This document shows, one piece after another, positions 28,478 to 38,535 of a stretch of DNA of 64,000 bases. The notes beneath the pieces were generated by a model. That model was not told where the DNA came from and did not search any database. It was given only the letters and a program-made list of their open reading frames with translations. Source of the stretch: Obrimoposthia wandeli (taxonomy: Eukaryota); assembly GCA_977020255.1 (NCBI GenBank), contig CDROCS010001622.1:1-64000 (forward strand). The letters are read 5' to 3'. The translations under genes and the position numbers were made by a program. Positions within the stretch are counted from its first letter, which is position 1. Every line of letters begins with the position of its first letter.

Positions 28478-29041
28478 TTATGAAATAGTTTCTTCTATTT
28501 TTAATGTGTTTACATTGTTCATTCCCATTGTAATTGCTTCCTTGTTTAATGGGATTAAATGATGGTAACGTTCTGGTAAAGATTTTTTCAATCCTTCCAA
28601 TACATTATCTAATAGTACAATAGGTTTAACTTTAAGAAAAGCACCTAATATTACCATATTATATATTTTCTTGTTACCCATTTCAGTAGATAATCTGTTA
28701 CCTTCAATTTGATATATTTTTATATCAGTTCTTGTTGGATGAGTTGAAACTCCGTTTGGATCGTATAATAGTACACCTCCTGGTTTTACTGCTTCCTCAA
28801 ACTTATCCATTGATTGCTGATTTAAGATGATCGCAGTATCAAATATTTTTAAGTATGGAGAACTAATTTTGTCATCGCTTAAAATTACTGTTACGTTTGC
28901 AGTTCCTCCACGCATTTCTGGTCCATAAGAAGGCATCCAGCTAACTTCCTGGTCTTGCATTATTCCAGAATATGCTAAAATTTTACCCATTGATAGTACT
29001 CCTTGACCACCAAAACCTGCTATAATTATTTCTTCTGTCAT
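28478..29041 (-). CDS. 2-oxoacid:ferredoxin oxidoreductase gamma subunit
   Basis: IAGFGGQGVLSMG, PSYGPEMRGG, NMVILGA. Confidence 0.93.
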   Translation of the reverse strand: MTEEIIIAGFGGQGVLSMGKILAYSGIMQDQEVSWMPSYGPEMRGGTANVTVILSDDKISSPYLKIFDTAIILNQQSMDKFEEAVKPGGVLLYDPNGVSTHPTRTDIKIYQIEGNRLSTEMGNKKIYNMVILGAFLKVKPIVLLDNVLEGLKKSLPERYHHLIPLNKEAITMGMNNVNTLKIEETIS

Positions 29042-29047
29042 AATTTC

Positions 29048-29821
29048 TTATTTTAATTTACCGTCAACTTTAATATCACCTAGTGGGAAATATGGGAACA
29101 TATTTTCTTCCATCCAAATGTTTGATTCAAGTGGAGTCATTTTCCATCCTGAATTACAGTTAGAAACGATTTCAACAAATGAAAGTCCTTTACCATTTCT
29201 AGTATTTTGGAATGCTTTTTTAAGTGCTTTTTTTGCTTTACGAGCGTGTTTATGTGTATGAACAGCATGTCTAGTTACATATTGAACACCTGGAAGGTTT
29301 GCAATTAGCTCTGTCATTTTTAAAGGAGATCCCATTGTTTCAATTTCTCGACCATAAGGAGAAGTTGATGATCTCATTCCTTCTAATGTAGTTGGAGCCA
29401 TTTGACCACCTGTCATTCCATAAATACCGTTGTTAACAAAGATAATTACGATGTTTTCACCTCTGTTACAAGCGTGAATAGTTTCAGCAGTACCAATGGC
29501 AGCTAAATCTCCATCACCTTGATATGTAAAAACATATTTCTCTGGCCAAGTTCTAGCAATAGCAGTTGCTACAGCTGGAGCTCTACCGTGAGCAGCTTGA
29601 GTGATGTCAATATTCATAAAATCATAAGCTAAAACTGAACAGCCTACGGGAGCCACACCAATTGTATCTTCTGAAATTCCTAATTCGTCAAGAACTTCCA
29701 TTGTAAGGTTATGCGCAGTACCGTGACCGCAACCAGGACAGTACGATAATGGTGTATCTGTCATTAAACTTGTTTTGCAAAGTACTTGGTTCTCTGGTTT
29801 TATAATGTCTACTATATCCAT
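29048..29821 (-). CDS. 2-oxoacid:ferredoxin oxidoreductase beta (TPP-binding) subunit
   Basis: YCPGCGH, GCS, HGRA, YQGDGD...NNGIYGMTGGQ TPP motif. Confidence 0.93.
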   Translation of the reverse strand: MDIVDIIKPENQVLCKTSLMTDTPLSYCPGCGHGTAHNLTMEVLDELGISEDTIGVAPVGCSVLAYDFMNIDITQAAHGRAPAVATAIARTWPEKYVFTYQGDGDLAAIGTAETIHACNRGENIVIIFVNNGIYGMTGGQMAPTTLEGMRSSTSPYGREIETMGSPLKMTELIANLPGVQYVTRHAVHTHKHARKAKKALKKAFQNTRNGKGLSFVEIVSNCNSGWKMTPLESNIWMEENMFPYFPLGDIKVDGKLK

Positions 29822-30903
29822 TATTTTATAATTTTTTGTTCTAAAGCTTCTAAAATTTCTTCAGGTGTGTGAATAATTCCTCCAGTTCTACCAAAGTGTT
29901 CAACAGGGACTTTAAATTGAGCAGAAAGTCTAACGTCTTCTACCATTTGACCAGCGCTTAATTCAACACTTAATATTCCTTTAACTTGATCTGTTAATTC
30001 CAAAATTTGATCTTTAGGGAATGGGAATAAAGTGATAGGTCTTAATAAACCAACTTTTATTCCTTTTGCACGTCCAAGTTCCACTGCTTTTTGGCTAATA
30101 CGAGCACTTGATCCATAAGCTACTATTAAATATTCTGCATCATCACAGTTTATTTTTTCGTAACGTAAATCTTCTTGCTCCATTTGGTCGTATTTCTTCA
30201 TAAGATTACGAACTCTGATTTCCATTTTTTCAGAATCTAAATCAAGTGAAGTAATTATATTACGTTCACGTGTTTTAGGTTTTCCAGTAGTTGCCCAATC
30301 TCCATATTTTTCAATAAGCTCTTCATTGGTCAATCTTTCTTGCTGAGGTTTTAGATTTACTTTTTCCATCATTTGACCAATTAATCCATCAGAAAGGATT
30401 AAAACTGGTGCGCGATATTTAAAAGCAATATCAAAAGCATCCTCTACAAAATCAGCCATTTCTTGAACTGATGCTGGTGCTAAAACATATAATTTATAAT
30501 CTCCGTGACCACCACCTTTTACAGATTGAAAATAATCTGCTTGTGAAGGTTGGATAGTACCTAAACCAGGTCCACCTCTTACTACGTTAACAATTACGGC
30601 TGGTAATTCAGCACCTGCCATATAAGATACTCCTTCTAATTTTAAAGAGATACCAGGACTTGAAGATGATGTTAATACTTTTTTACCAGTACCAGCAGCA
30701 CCATATACCATATTAATTGCAGCTATTTCACTTTCTGCTTGTAATACAACCATTCCCGTTCTGTCTTCAGGACGTTCTGTCATTAAATATTCAATAACTT
30801 CTGATTGTGGCGTAATTGGGTAACCAAAATAAGCGTCAGTTCCGCATCTAATTGCAGCTTCAGCTAAGGCTTCGTTACCTTTCATTAATTTTAACTCTGA
30901 CAT
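29821..30903 (-). CDS. vorB: 2-oxoacid:ferredoxin oxidoreductase alpha subunit (VorB-like)
   Basis: GNEALAEAAI, YFGYPITPQSE, QAESEIAA, TSSSSPGISL, RGGPGLG. Confidence 0.92.
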   Translation of the reverse strand: MSELKLMKGNEALAEAAIRCGTDAYFGYPITPQSEVIEYLMTERPEDRTGMVVLQAESEIAAINMVYGAAGTGKKVLTSSSSPGISLKLEGVSYMAGAELPAVIVNVVRGGPGLGTIQPSQADYFQSVKGGGHGDYKLYVLAPASVQEMADFVEDAFDIAFKYRAPVLILSDGLIGQMMEKVNLKPQQERLTNEELIEKYGDWATTGKPKTRERNIITSLDLDSEKMEIRVRNLMKKYDQMEQEDLRYEKINCDDAEYLIVAYGSSARISQKAVELGRAKGIKVGLLRPITLFPFPKDQILELTDQVKGILSVELSAGQMVEDVRLSAQFKVPVEHFGRTGGIIHTPEEILEALEQKIIK

Positions 30904-30929
30904 TCTAATTCGTTTAATTAATTAGTTAA

Positions 30930-31160
30930 TTATGCTTGAACTTTAACCCTATACACTGAAATTGCTCTATCTGGACAAACAATTCCACAGTTTGTACAAC
31001 CTGTACAAGCTTCTGGATTCTCCATATAAGCGAAATTGTAACCTTTTCTATTAACTTCAGTAGTCATACTAATAACATTTTCTGGACATACAGGTATACA
31101 AACCTGACATCCTTTACATGTTTCCGTATCTACTACAATAGCTCCTTTAACTTTTGCCAT
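30930..31160 (-). CDS. 2-oxoacid:ferredoxin oxidoreductase delta subunit (2x[4Fe-4S] ferredoxin)
   Basis: CKGCQVCIPVCP and CTGCTNCGIVCP. Confidence 0.92.
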   Translation of the reverse strand: MAKVKGAIVVDTETCKGCQVCIPVCPENVISMTTEVNRKGYNFAYMENPEACTGCTNCGIVCPDRAISVYRVKVQA

Positions 31161-31206
31161 TTTAATAATTTTATAGGTGATTATTACGATCTAATTTTGT
31201 TATTCT

Positions 31207-31268
31207 CAAAGATATGGCTTATTTGATGTTAAAACTATGATAAATATCAATTTATGATGAGTGTCATA
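31207..31268 (-). promoter_or_regulatory. -7 element (TATCTTTG) with two upstream Crp/Fnr-like boxes
   Basis: caaagata 31207-31214; ATGAT-AAAT-ATCAA 31237-31250; TATGA-N6-TCATA 31253-31268. Confidence 0.6.
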
Positions 31269-31515
31269 TAGCGAAATGTTTTTGTTTAAGAAAAACAATA
31301 GTTTATTTAAGTTTTTTTAATATCAACCCCTTAATTTATAGTAGATTAAATAAAATTTTAATAGCGTATTTACTAAATTGTTAATTGATATTATTTTAGT
31401 TATTTTACAATAAAATTCAAACGTTTTCGTAAAAGTTTAAAAAGTAGAGAATTATGGCTGAGAATTTAATTCAATAATTAAATTAATTGATGATAATTTT
31501 AAAAATATTTTAAAG

Positions 31516-32364
31516 ATGGATATATATAAGGTGAAGGATGAAATTAAGTTACAAGAGATTAGTTCTAATGTTGTAACAGAAAATGCTAAAAAAAAATTAA
31601 AAAAAATTAGAAAAGAAATAAGTAAGTTGCAAAATGCCATGTATGCTGAAGGAAAATATGCCGTTTTAATTTGTTTGCAAGGAATGGATACTTCTGGAAA
31701 AGACAGTTTAATAAGGGAGGTTTTTAAGGATGTGAATGCCAGAGGTGTTGTAGTTCATAGTTTTAAAGTTCCAACGGAGCTTGAATTAAAACACGATTAT
31801 TTATGGAGACATTATATTGCATTGCCTACTCGTGGAAAAATTGGAGTTTTTAATAGAACACATTATGAAAATGTTTTAGTTACAAGAGTGCATCCTGAAT
31901 ATGTTTTTGGAGAAAATATACCAACTATTAAAAATATAGATGATTTAAATGATAAGTTCTATAATAATAGGATGGAAGAGATAAATAATTTTGAAAAACA
32001 TATTTCTAATAATGGTACCATTATATTAAAGTTCTTTTTAAACGTATCTAAAGAAGAACAAAGAAATAGACTTTTAAGAAGGTTAAATTTAAAAGATAAA
32101 AATTGGAAATTTTCACCGGGGGATTTAAAAGAGCGTAAATTATGGGATAAATATCAGTTCTGTTATCAAGAAATTTTGAATAGAACCTCAAAAAAGCATG
32201 CGCCTTGGTTTGTTATTCCAGCTGATGATAAACCAACTGCACGTTTATTAGTTGCAGAAACTATTTTACAAACTTTAAAAAAATACGATTTTAAAGAACC
32301 AGAATTACCACTAAAATATAAAAGCGAAGTTGAAAATTATAAAAAAGAACTTGAAAATGACTAG
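31516..32364 (+). CDS. ppk2: Polyphosphate kinase 2 family phosphotransferase (class III-like)
   Basis: QGMDTSGKDS Walker A, HDYLWRH, FNRTHYE, RNRLLRR, WKFSPGD. Confidence 0.93.
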   Translation: MDIYKVKDEIKLQEISSNVVTENAKKKLKKIRKEISKLQNAMYAEGKYAVLICLQGMDTSGKDSLIREVFKDVNARGVVVHSFKVPTELELKHDYLWRHYIALPTRGKIGVFNRTHYENVLVTRVHPEYVFGENIPTIKNIDDLNDKFYNNRMEEINNFEKHISNNGTIILKFFLNVSKEEQRNRLLRRLNLKDKNWKFSPGDLKERKLWDKYQFCYQEILNRTSKKHAPWFVIPADDKPTARLLVAETILQTLKKYDFKEPELPLKYKSEVENYKKELEND

Positions 32365-32462
32365 TTTAAAATTTTGTTAAAAATTGAGAAAAACTACTTG
32401 CATAAAAGCATAAATCGTAATTTACAAATTGTATATTTACATTATAATATTATTAATTAACT

Positions 32463-33281
32463 ATGGAATTAAAATTAGAAAAACCTATTATATTTTTCGA
32501 TTTAGAAACAACAGGAATCAATATAGCAAAAGATAGAATTGTAGAAATCTCAATATTAAAAGTCTTTCCAAACGGAAATAAAGAAAGTAAAACTTGGTTG
32601 GTAAATCCTGAAATGGAAATACCAAAAGAATCATCAGAAATACACGGAATCACAAATGAAAAAGTTGTGACAGAACCTACTTTTAATGAATTAGCACAGC
32701 AAGTTAGTGACATGATTGAAGGTTGTGATTTAGCAGGGTTTAATTCTAACAGGTTTGATATTCCTTTATTAGCTGAAGAAATGTTACGTGCTGATGTTAA
32801 TTTTGATATGAAGGACAGAGTTGCAATTGATGTGCAAGTTATTTTTCATAAAAAAGAAGAAAGAACATTAAGCGCTGGATATAAATTTTATTGTGGAGAA
32901 AGCTTAGAGAATGCGCATTCAGCAGAAGCAGATACTTTGGCAACCTATGAAATATTAAAAGCACAGTTAGATAAATATGACGACCTTGAAAATGATGTAA
33001 AATTCTTAAATGAATTTTCAACTCATAATAAAAGAGCAGATTTTGCAGGCTTTATAATGTTTAATGAAGAAGATGAAGAAATATTTTCTTTTGGAAAATA
33101 TAAAGGACATAAAGTAAAAGATGTTTTAAAGAAAGATAAAGGATATTTTTCTTGGATTCAAAATGCAGATTTCCCGCTTTACACTAAAAAAGTATTAGCC
33201 GAAATTAAAGAAAATTTAGTTCCTAAAAAGAAGGAAACTACTTTAAATGATTTAAAAAATAAATTCAACCAAAAATTATAA
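32463..33281 (+). CDS. DEDDh 3'-5' exonuclease (DnaQ-like)
   Basis: FFDLETTG, AGFNSNRFD, HSAEADT, FGKYKG. Confidence 0.92.
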   Translation: MELKLEKPIIFFDLETTGINIAKDRIVEISILKVFPNGNKESKTWLVNPEMEIPKESSEIHGITNEKVVTEPTFNELAQQVSDMIEGCDLAGFNSNRFDIPLLAEEMLRADVNFDMKDRVAIDVQVIFHKKEERTLSAGYKFYCGESLENAHSAEADTLATYEILKAQLDKYDDLENDVKFLNEFSTHNKRADFAGFIMFNEEDEEIFSFGKYKGHKVKDVLKKDKGYFSWIQNADFPLYTKKVLAEIKENLVPKKKETTLNDLKNKFNQKL

Positions 33282-33282
33282 T

Positions 33283-33771
33283 ATGTTAGTAAAATTTGAA
33301 AGTTTAGCTCCAAGTTCTAGAATTTGGGTCTACCAGGCAGATAGAGAATTTTTAGAAAGTGAATTAGAAATTGTAACTGCAAAAGTTGAAGATTTTGTAG
33401 CAGCTTGGAAACGTCATGGAGAAGGTTTAAAAGCATCATATCAAATTAAATACAATCAATTTATTGTATTGGCTGTTGATGAAGATTACAATGGTGTTTC
33501 AGGATGTTCTATAGATTCTTCTGTAAATTTAATGAAGCAGTTTGAACGTGCTTTTGATATGGATTTAACAAATAAATTAAACGTATCCTTTAAAGATAAT
33601 AATAATGTTAATGTTGTTAGTCTTGCCGATTTTCAAAAGTTTGTTAAGCTTGGTAAAATTAATTCAGAGACAATTGTTTTTAATAATATGATTACATCCA
33701 AAGAAGAATTGTCAACTAAGTGGGAAGTTGAAGTTAGTGAAAGCTGGCACCAAAAATATTTGGTATCTTAA
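33283..33771 (+). CDS. Conserved Bacteroidota protein of unknown function (often mislabelled ABC transporter ATPase)
   Basis: SRIWVYQ, WKRHG, SGCSIDSS; no Walker motifs. Confidence 0.7.
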   Translation: MLVKFESLAPSSRIWVYQADREFLESELEIVTAKVEDFVAAWKRHGEGLKASYQIKYNQFIVLAVDEDYNGVSGCSIDSSVNLMKQFERAFDMDLTNKLNVSFKDNNNVNVVSLADFQKFVKLGKINSETIVFNNMITSKEELSTKWEVEVSESWHQKYLVS

Positions 33772-33803
33772 ATAGGACAATTCTTACATAGAAACTTTAG
33801 TTT

Positions 33804-36725
33804 ATGATTAAAAAAAGACTCTTCATTGGGTTTGTTTTGATTAGTGTTTTTTTACAGGCACAAAGTGAATTACCTTTAAGAACAATTGATTCTTTAGCTC
33901 AAAATAAATGGGTGGATTCATTAATGAATTCAATGTCAATTGACGCTAAGATTGGTCAATTGTTTATGGTTCAGGCATACTCTAATAAGGATAAGAAACA
34001 TACCAATTTCATTGAAAATTTAATAGTAAAAAATGAAATAGGCGGACTTATTTTTATGCAAGGAACTCCTATAAAACAAGCTCAATTAAATAATAAATAT
34101 CAATCTATTTCTAAAATTCCACTTCTAATTGGTTTTGATGGAGAATGGGGATTAGATATGCGTTTAAAAAACAGCTATCGATTTCCTTGGAATATGACGC
34201 TTGGTGCAATTCAAAATAATAAGTTAATAGAAGATTTTGGTAAGCGCGTAGGAAAACATTGTAAAAGACTTGGAATTCATATCAACTTTGCACCTGTAGT
34301 AGATGTTAATACCAATCCCGAAAACCCTATTATTGGGAATAGATCATTTGGTGAAAGCAGAGAAAATGTTACGTTAAAAGCTGCCGCATTTATTAAAGGA
34401 ATGCAGAGTGAGCACGTATTGGCAAATGCCAAGCATTTTCCTGGTCATGGAGATACGGCATCGGATTCTCATAAAACATTGCCAATACTCGATTTTGATA
34501 TTGAAAGACTAGATTCTATTGAATTATATCCATACAAAGAACTTGTGAAAAGTAATTTAGCAAGTATTATGGTGGCTCATTTAAGTGTAAAAGCTTTAGA
34601 ACCAAATAGTGAGTTGCCAACATCTTTGTCGTACAAAGTAATCACAGGTTTATTAAAAGAACAATTGAATTTTAATGGATTGATTTTAACGGATGCTTTA
34701 AATATGAAAGGAGCTGCAAATTATGCAAAACCTGGAGATATTGATCTAGCAGCTTTGTTAGCTGGTAACGATATGCTTTTAATTCCAGAGGATGTTCCAG
34801 CTGCTATTACTACGATTAAAAATGCCTTAAATGAAAAAATTATTTCTGAAGATCGATTGGATTATTCTGTTAGAAAAATTTTAAAGTCTAAATATTGGGC
34901 AGGTTTAAATAAGTTTGAATTGGTTGAAATGGAAAATTTAAACGAAGATTTAAATTCTATTTCTGATGAATTATTACATAGAAAATTAGTTGAAAATTCT
35001 ATTACTTTATTAAAAAATGAATCACTTGTATTTCCTATTCAAAGTTTAGATAAAAGGAAAATTGCTTATGTGAAATTAGGAGATTCAAACAATGAAAATT
35101 TCTTAGATATTTTAAAAAAATACACCAATGTAGATGTGGTTTCATCCAATAATTTAGATGATTTAATTAGAAAACTAGATCCTTATAATTTGGTTATTGT
35201 TGGTTATCATAAATCTAATTTAAACCCTTGGAAAACGTATAAATTTAAGGACAAAGAACTTGTTTGGCTTCAAGAAATTGCAAGAACAAACACTGTTATT
35301 TTAGATGTCTTTGCAAGTCCTTATAGTTTATTACAATTAAAAACCTTTGAAAATATTGAAGGATTACTAGTGTCTTACCAAAATAGTCGATTGGCTCAGG
35401 AAATTTCGGCACAAATGATTTTTGGAGCTTTAGAAACTAAAGGTAAATTACCAGTATCTATTAAAAATAGTTATTCTGTGGGTCATGGTTTAATGTCAAC
35501 TTCATTAAAAAGATTGGGATATTCAATTCCTGAAGATGTAGGTTTGGATAGTCAAAAATTAAAAAGAATTGATTCTCTTGCAAAAGTTGTTGTCAAAGAA
35601 AAAATGGCTCCTGGGTTACAAGTATTGGTTGCTAGAAAAGGGAAAATTGTTTATCATAAAAACTTTGGATTTCACACTGGTGAAGAAAAAAATAAGGTTA
35701 AAGGAAATGATATTTACGATGTTGCATCTATGACCAAAATACTAGCTTCATTACCATTAATTATGGAACTGGAAGAAAAAGGTGTTTTAAATTTGGATAG
35801 TACTTTGGGGCAGATAATGCCTAAATTAAAAAATACAAATAAGGATACTTTAACTGTTAAGGAAGTATTATCTCATTATGGAAGGTTAAAAGCTTGGATT
35901 CCATTTTATATAAAAACATTGGATAGTGTTACAAAAGAGCCTTCGAAGGAGTATTATAGGAATCATAGAACAAGGAAATTTAATGTAAAAGTTGCGGATA
36001 GTTTATATTTAAGTGAAGCATATAAAAAATCGATGTTTGATACAATTGCAGTTGCAGATCAAAGAAGTAAAATAGGATATAAATACAGTGATTTATCTTT
36101 TTACATCTTTAAAGACTTTATTGAAGGTTACTATAAAAGTGATTTAAATAAATTAACTCAGAAGCATTTTTATAAATCACTTGGAGCTAATAATACGACC
36201 TACAATCCGCTTCAGAAATTTAAAAGAGAATATATTGTACCTACTGAAAAAGATGATTATTATCGTAATCAGTTAGTTCATGGATATGTTCATGATATGG
36301 GAGCTGCTATGCAAGGTGGAATTGGAGGACATGCAGGATTATTTTCAAATTCAAATGATGTAGCCAAAATAATGCAGTTGTTTTTACAGAAAGGATATTA
36401 TGGCGGGAAACGATATTTTCAACCAAAAACAATGGATAAGTTCAATCATCGATATTATGCAAATGAAAGTGTACGAAAAGGAATTGGGTTTGATAAGCCT
36501 CAATTAAAAAAGAGAGAAAAGGCTACTTGCGATTGTGTGTCTGATGAAAGTTTTGGTCATAGTGGATTTACAGGAACTTATACTTGGGCAGATCCTAAAA
36601 CTGAAATTGTTTATGTGTTTTTATCGAATAGAGTATATCCAACTGCAAAAAATAGAGGTTTAATAAAGCACAATATTAGAACAGATATACAACAGTTTAT
36701 TCAAGATGCTATTATTAGTGAATAA
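33804..36725 (+). CDS. GH3 beta-N-acetylglucosaminidase (NagZ-like) fused to a beta-lactamase-like serine hydrolase
   Basis: KHFPGHGDTASDSH, ILTDAL nucleophile; C-terminal ASMTK (SxxK), YSD, FGHSGFTG. Confidence 0.9.
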   Translation: MIKKRLFIGFVLISVFLQAQSELPLRTIDSLAQNKWVDSLMNSMSIDAKIGQLFMVQAYSNKDKKHTNFIENLIVKNEIGGLIFMQGTPIKQAQLNNKYQSISKIPLLIGFDGEWGLDMRLKNSYRFPWNMTLGAIQNNKLIEDFGKRVGKHCKRLGIHINFAPVVDVNTNPENPIIGNRSFGESRENVTLKAAAFIKGMQSEHVLANAKHFPGHGDTASDSHKTLPILDFDIERLDSIELYPYKELVKSNLASIMVAHLSVKALEPNSELPTSLSYKVITGLLKEQLNFNGLILTDALNMKGAANYAKPGDIDLAALLAGNDMLLIPEDVPAAITTIKNALNEKIISEDRLDYSVRKILKSKYWAGLNKFELVEMENLNEDLNSISDELLHRKLVENSITLLKNESLVFPIQSLDKRKIAYVKLGDSNNENFLDILKKYTNVDVVSSNNLDDLIRKLDPYNLVIVGYHKSNLNPWKTYKFKDKELVWLQEIARTNTVILDVFASPYSLLQLKTFENIEGLLVSYQNSRLAQEISAQMIFGALETKGKLPVSIKNSYSVGHGLMSTSLKRLGYSIPEDVGLDSQKLKRIDSLAKVVVKEKMAPGLQVLVARKGKIVYHKNFGFHTGEEKNKVKGNDIYDVASMTKILASLPLIMELEEKGVLNLDSTLGQIMPKLKNTNKDTLTVKEVLSHYGRLKAWIPFYIKTLDSVTKEPSKEYYRNHRTRKFNVKVADSLYLSEAYKKSMFDTIAVADQRSKIGYKYSDLSFYIFKDFIEGYYKSDLNKLTQKHFYKSLGANNTTYNPLQKFKREYIVPTEKDDYYRNQLVHGYVHDMGAAMQGGIGGHAGLFSNSNDVAKIMQLFLQKGYYGGKRYFQPKTMDKFNHRYYANESVRKGIGFDKPQLKKREKATCDCVSDESFGHSGFTGTYTWADPKTEIVYVFLSNRVYPTAKNRGLIKHNIRTDIQQFIQDAIISE

Positions 36726-37014
36726 AATGATTTAGAATGTGGTAAGTAGCGATTGGTATATCGTAATTTTCCGATGGTTGTTATTTAGTTTATATGTTTG
36801 TTAGATTTCTCTAATCATTTAATTTCCGCAATTTTTTTGTGATTGTTGGCTTTTAGTGTTTTTCTACTTTATTATTCTTTCATTCAATTTTTAATCCAGC
36901 AGTTTATGTTTTATATCAGTGATTAAATTCCACACGATTCATATCAAAAACTTGCTCAAATTCCGTAATATTATAATTTAGATTTCAACTTGGTAAACAA
37001 GTTTTTATATGATA

Positions 37015-37197
37015 TTAATTATTAATATCATATAAAAACTTTCCAATAACTTCTCCTCCATTATATATTTTTCCGATTATGAAAATAGCAAATAATACTC
37101 CTAAAGATAAATTGATAATTGATTTTTCTTTTTTTGATAAAGAATGATATTTCACAATAATTTTATCAATAAAAAATTGACTTTCTTGAGTTTTCAT
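37015..37197 (-). CDS. Small single-TM hypothetical protein
   Basis: 60 aa, one hydrophobic segment (IINLSLGVLFAIFIIG), A-rich pre-ATG region, 25 nt downstream of the PLDc_N gene. Confidence 0.5.
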   Translation of the reverse strand: MKTQESQFFIDKIIVKYHSLSKKEKSIINLSLGVLFAIFIIGKIYNGGEVIGKFLYDINN

Positions 37198-37222
37198 AAT
37201 TTTAATATTTTATATAAGTCTA

Positions 37223-37444
37223 TTAATTTATTATTTTCTGTTTTTCCCCAATTGTAAAATATAAAACAGCTCCAATCAGGTTGAGGAAAAGCACAACTAA
37301 TACCCAAACAATTTTATTGTTACCTTCAAATTTACTTTTTAAAATATCAATTAATGCAATGATTGTTGGTATTATTCCTAACATTAAAACTGCACCTAAA
37401 ATTAGCATAATTTGTCCAGGTCCAATCATTCCTAAATAGTTCAT
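37223..37444 (-). CDS. PLDc N-terminal (PLDc_N) small membrane protein
   Basis: ALIDIL...NNKIVWVLVVLFLNLIGAVLYF pattern. Confidence 0.8.
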   Translation of the reverse strand: MNYLGMIGPGQIMLILGAVLMLGIIPTIIALIDILKSKFEGNNKIVWVLVVLFLNLIGAVLYFTIGEKQKIIN

Positions 37445-37485
37445 CTTTTTCTTTTTTAAGTTATTTTTTTAATTTTTTGTACGCA

Positions 37486-38532
37486 TTAAATCCAACGAGT
37501 TTTAGTATATATAATACCTAAAATAATACTACTTCCTAAATAAATTAAAGCATATTGAATGTCAAATAAAAAATAGACTAACAAGGTTTGTATTAGATAA
37601 AAAATAGGGAATAACGTCGCAATCATGGCAAACCTAAAAGTGTTTGTGAAAATAATATCTGTGATCCCTTTTTTTAATTTTTTCCAGATTAAAATTGGAA
37701 TTATACTATTGATTTTTGCTAATAGATGAAAAGGTAAAAACCAATTTATTGACTTTTTTACGGATGTTTTAGGTTTAAGATTTTGTAAATCTAAAACCAT
37801 CTTATTTGCTTCAATAGGATTTAAATAATCGATTCCGCAATTGTTTAGTTTAGCAATAATTTCATCGTAATTTTCGGTATCTTCAATATGAAGTGTTAGT
37901 TTTTTTAATTCAGCCGAAACTTTTTTAATAATACTGGAAAAGGACACATCTGGATTAACAGTATTGAAATATGGATTGGCTAAAATGGGTTTACCGAAAT
38001 AAACAGAAACTTTACTTGGGAAATTCAATCGAGAGTCATAATTCAGTCCAACAGGGACTATTTGAATACTGGTTTCTGGATATTTTTGAAGTGTTGATAA
38101 AATGATTCTTGCAAAACCTTTTTTTAGAGGAATTATTCTTCTTTCTATATGATGTTCCCCTTCAGCAAATATTTCAATTGCTCCTTTATTTTTTAAAATT
38201 TCAACACATAAATTAAAAACATCATAGTTTTTATTCATATTTTCAACACCATCTCTAATTCTATATGCGGGTAACATATTTAAAGTGCTTAAAAACTTTT
38301 TGACAATATTTTTTTTGAAAACACCTGCACGCGCTAAAAAATGAATTTTTCTTTTTGTAATTGTTGGAATAATTAAAGCATCAACTAAAGCATTTTGATG
38401 ATTTCCTATAAATAATACGGCACCTTCTTTTGGAATATTTTCAAGTCCATAAACCTTTCTTTTTTTCAGAAGAAAAAATAAAATAATTTGAACATATATT
38501 CTAAAGGTATAATACCAAATGTGTTTAATCAT
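37486..38532 (-). CDS. Lysophospholipid/glycerol acyltransferase family protein
   Basis: GNHQNALVD (HX4D), FLARA, FAEG, IVPVG. Confidence 0.88.
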   Translation of the reverse strand: MIKHIWYYTFRIYVQIILFFLLKKRKVYGLENIPKEGAVLFIGNHQNALVDALIIPTITKRKIHFLARAGVFKKNIVKKFLSTLNMLPAYRIRDGVENMNKNYDVFNLCVEILKNKGAIEIFAEGEHHIERRIIPLKKGFARIILSTLQKYPETSIQIVPVGLNYDSRLNFPSKVSVYFGKPILANPYFNTVNPDVSFSSIIKKVSAELKKLTLHIEDTENYDEIIAKLNNCGIDYLNPIEANKMVLDLQNLKPKTSVKKSINWFLPFHLLAKINSIIPILIWKKLKKGITDIIFTNTFRFAMIATLFPIFYLIQTLLVYFLFDIQYALIYLGSSIILGIIYTKTRWI

Positions 38533-38535
38533 CTT

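Noticed and set aside
31418-31429. LacI-like AAACGTTT core upstream of ppk2
   Set aside because: Flanks do not match a LacI operator and no sugar genes are nearby
36726-37014. Possible pseudogene on the minus strand (NITEFEQVFDMNRVEFNH...)
   Set aside because: About seven stops in roughly 90 codons is what random AT-rich DNA gives, and I recognise no family
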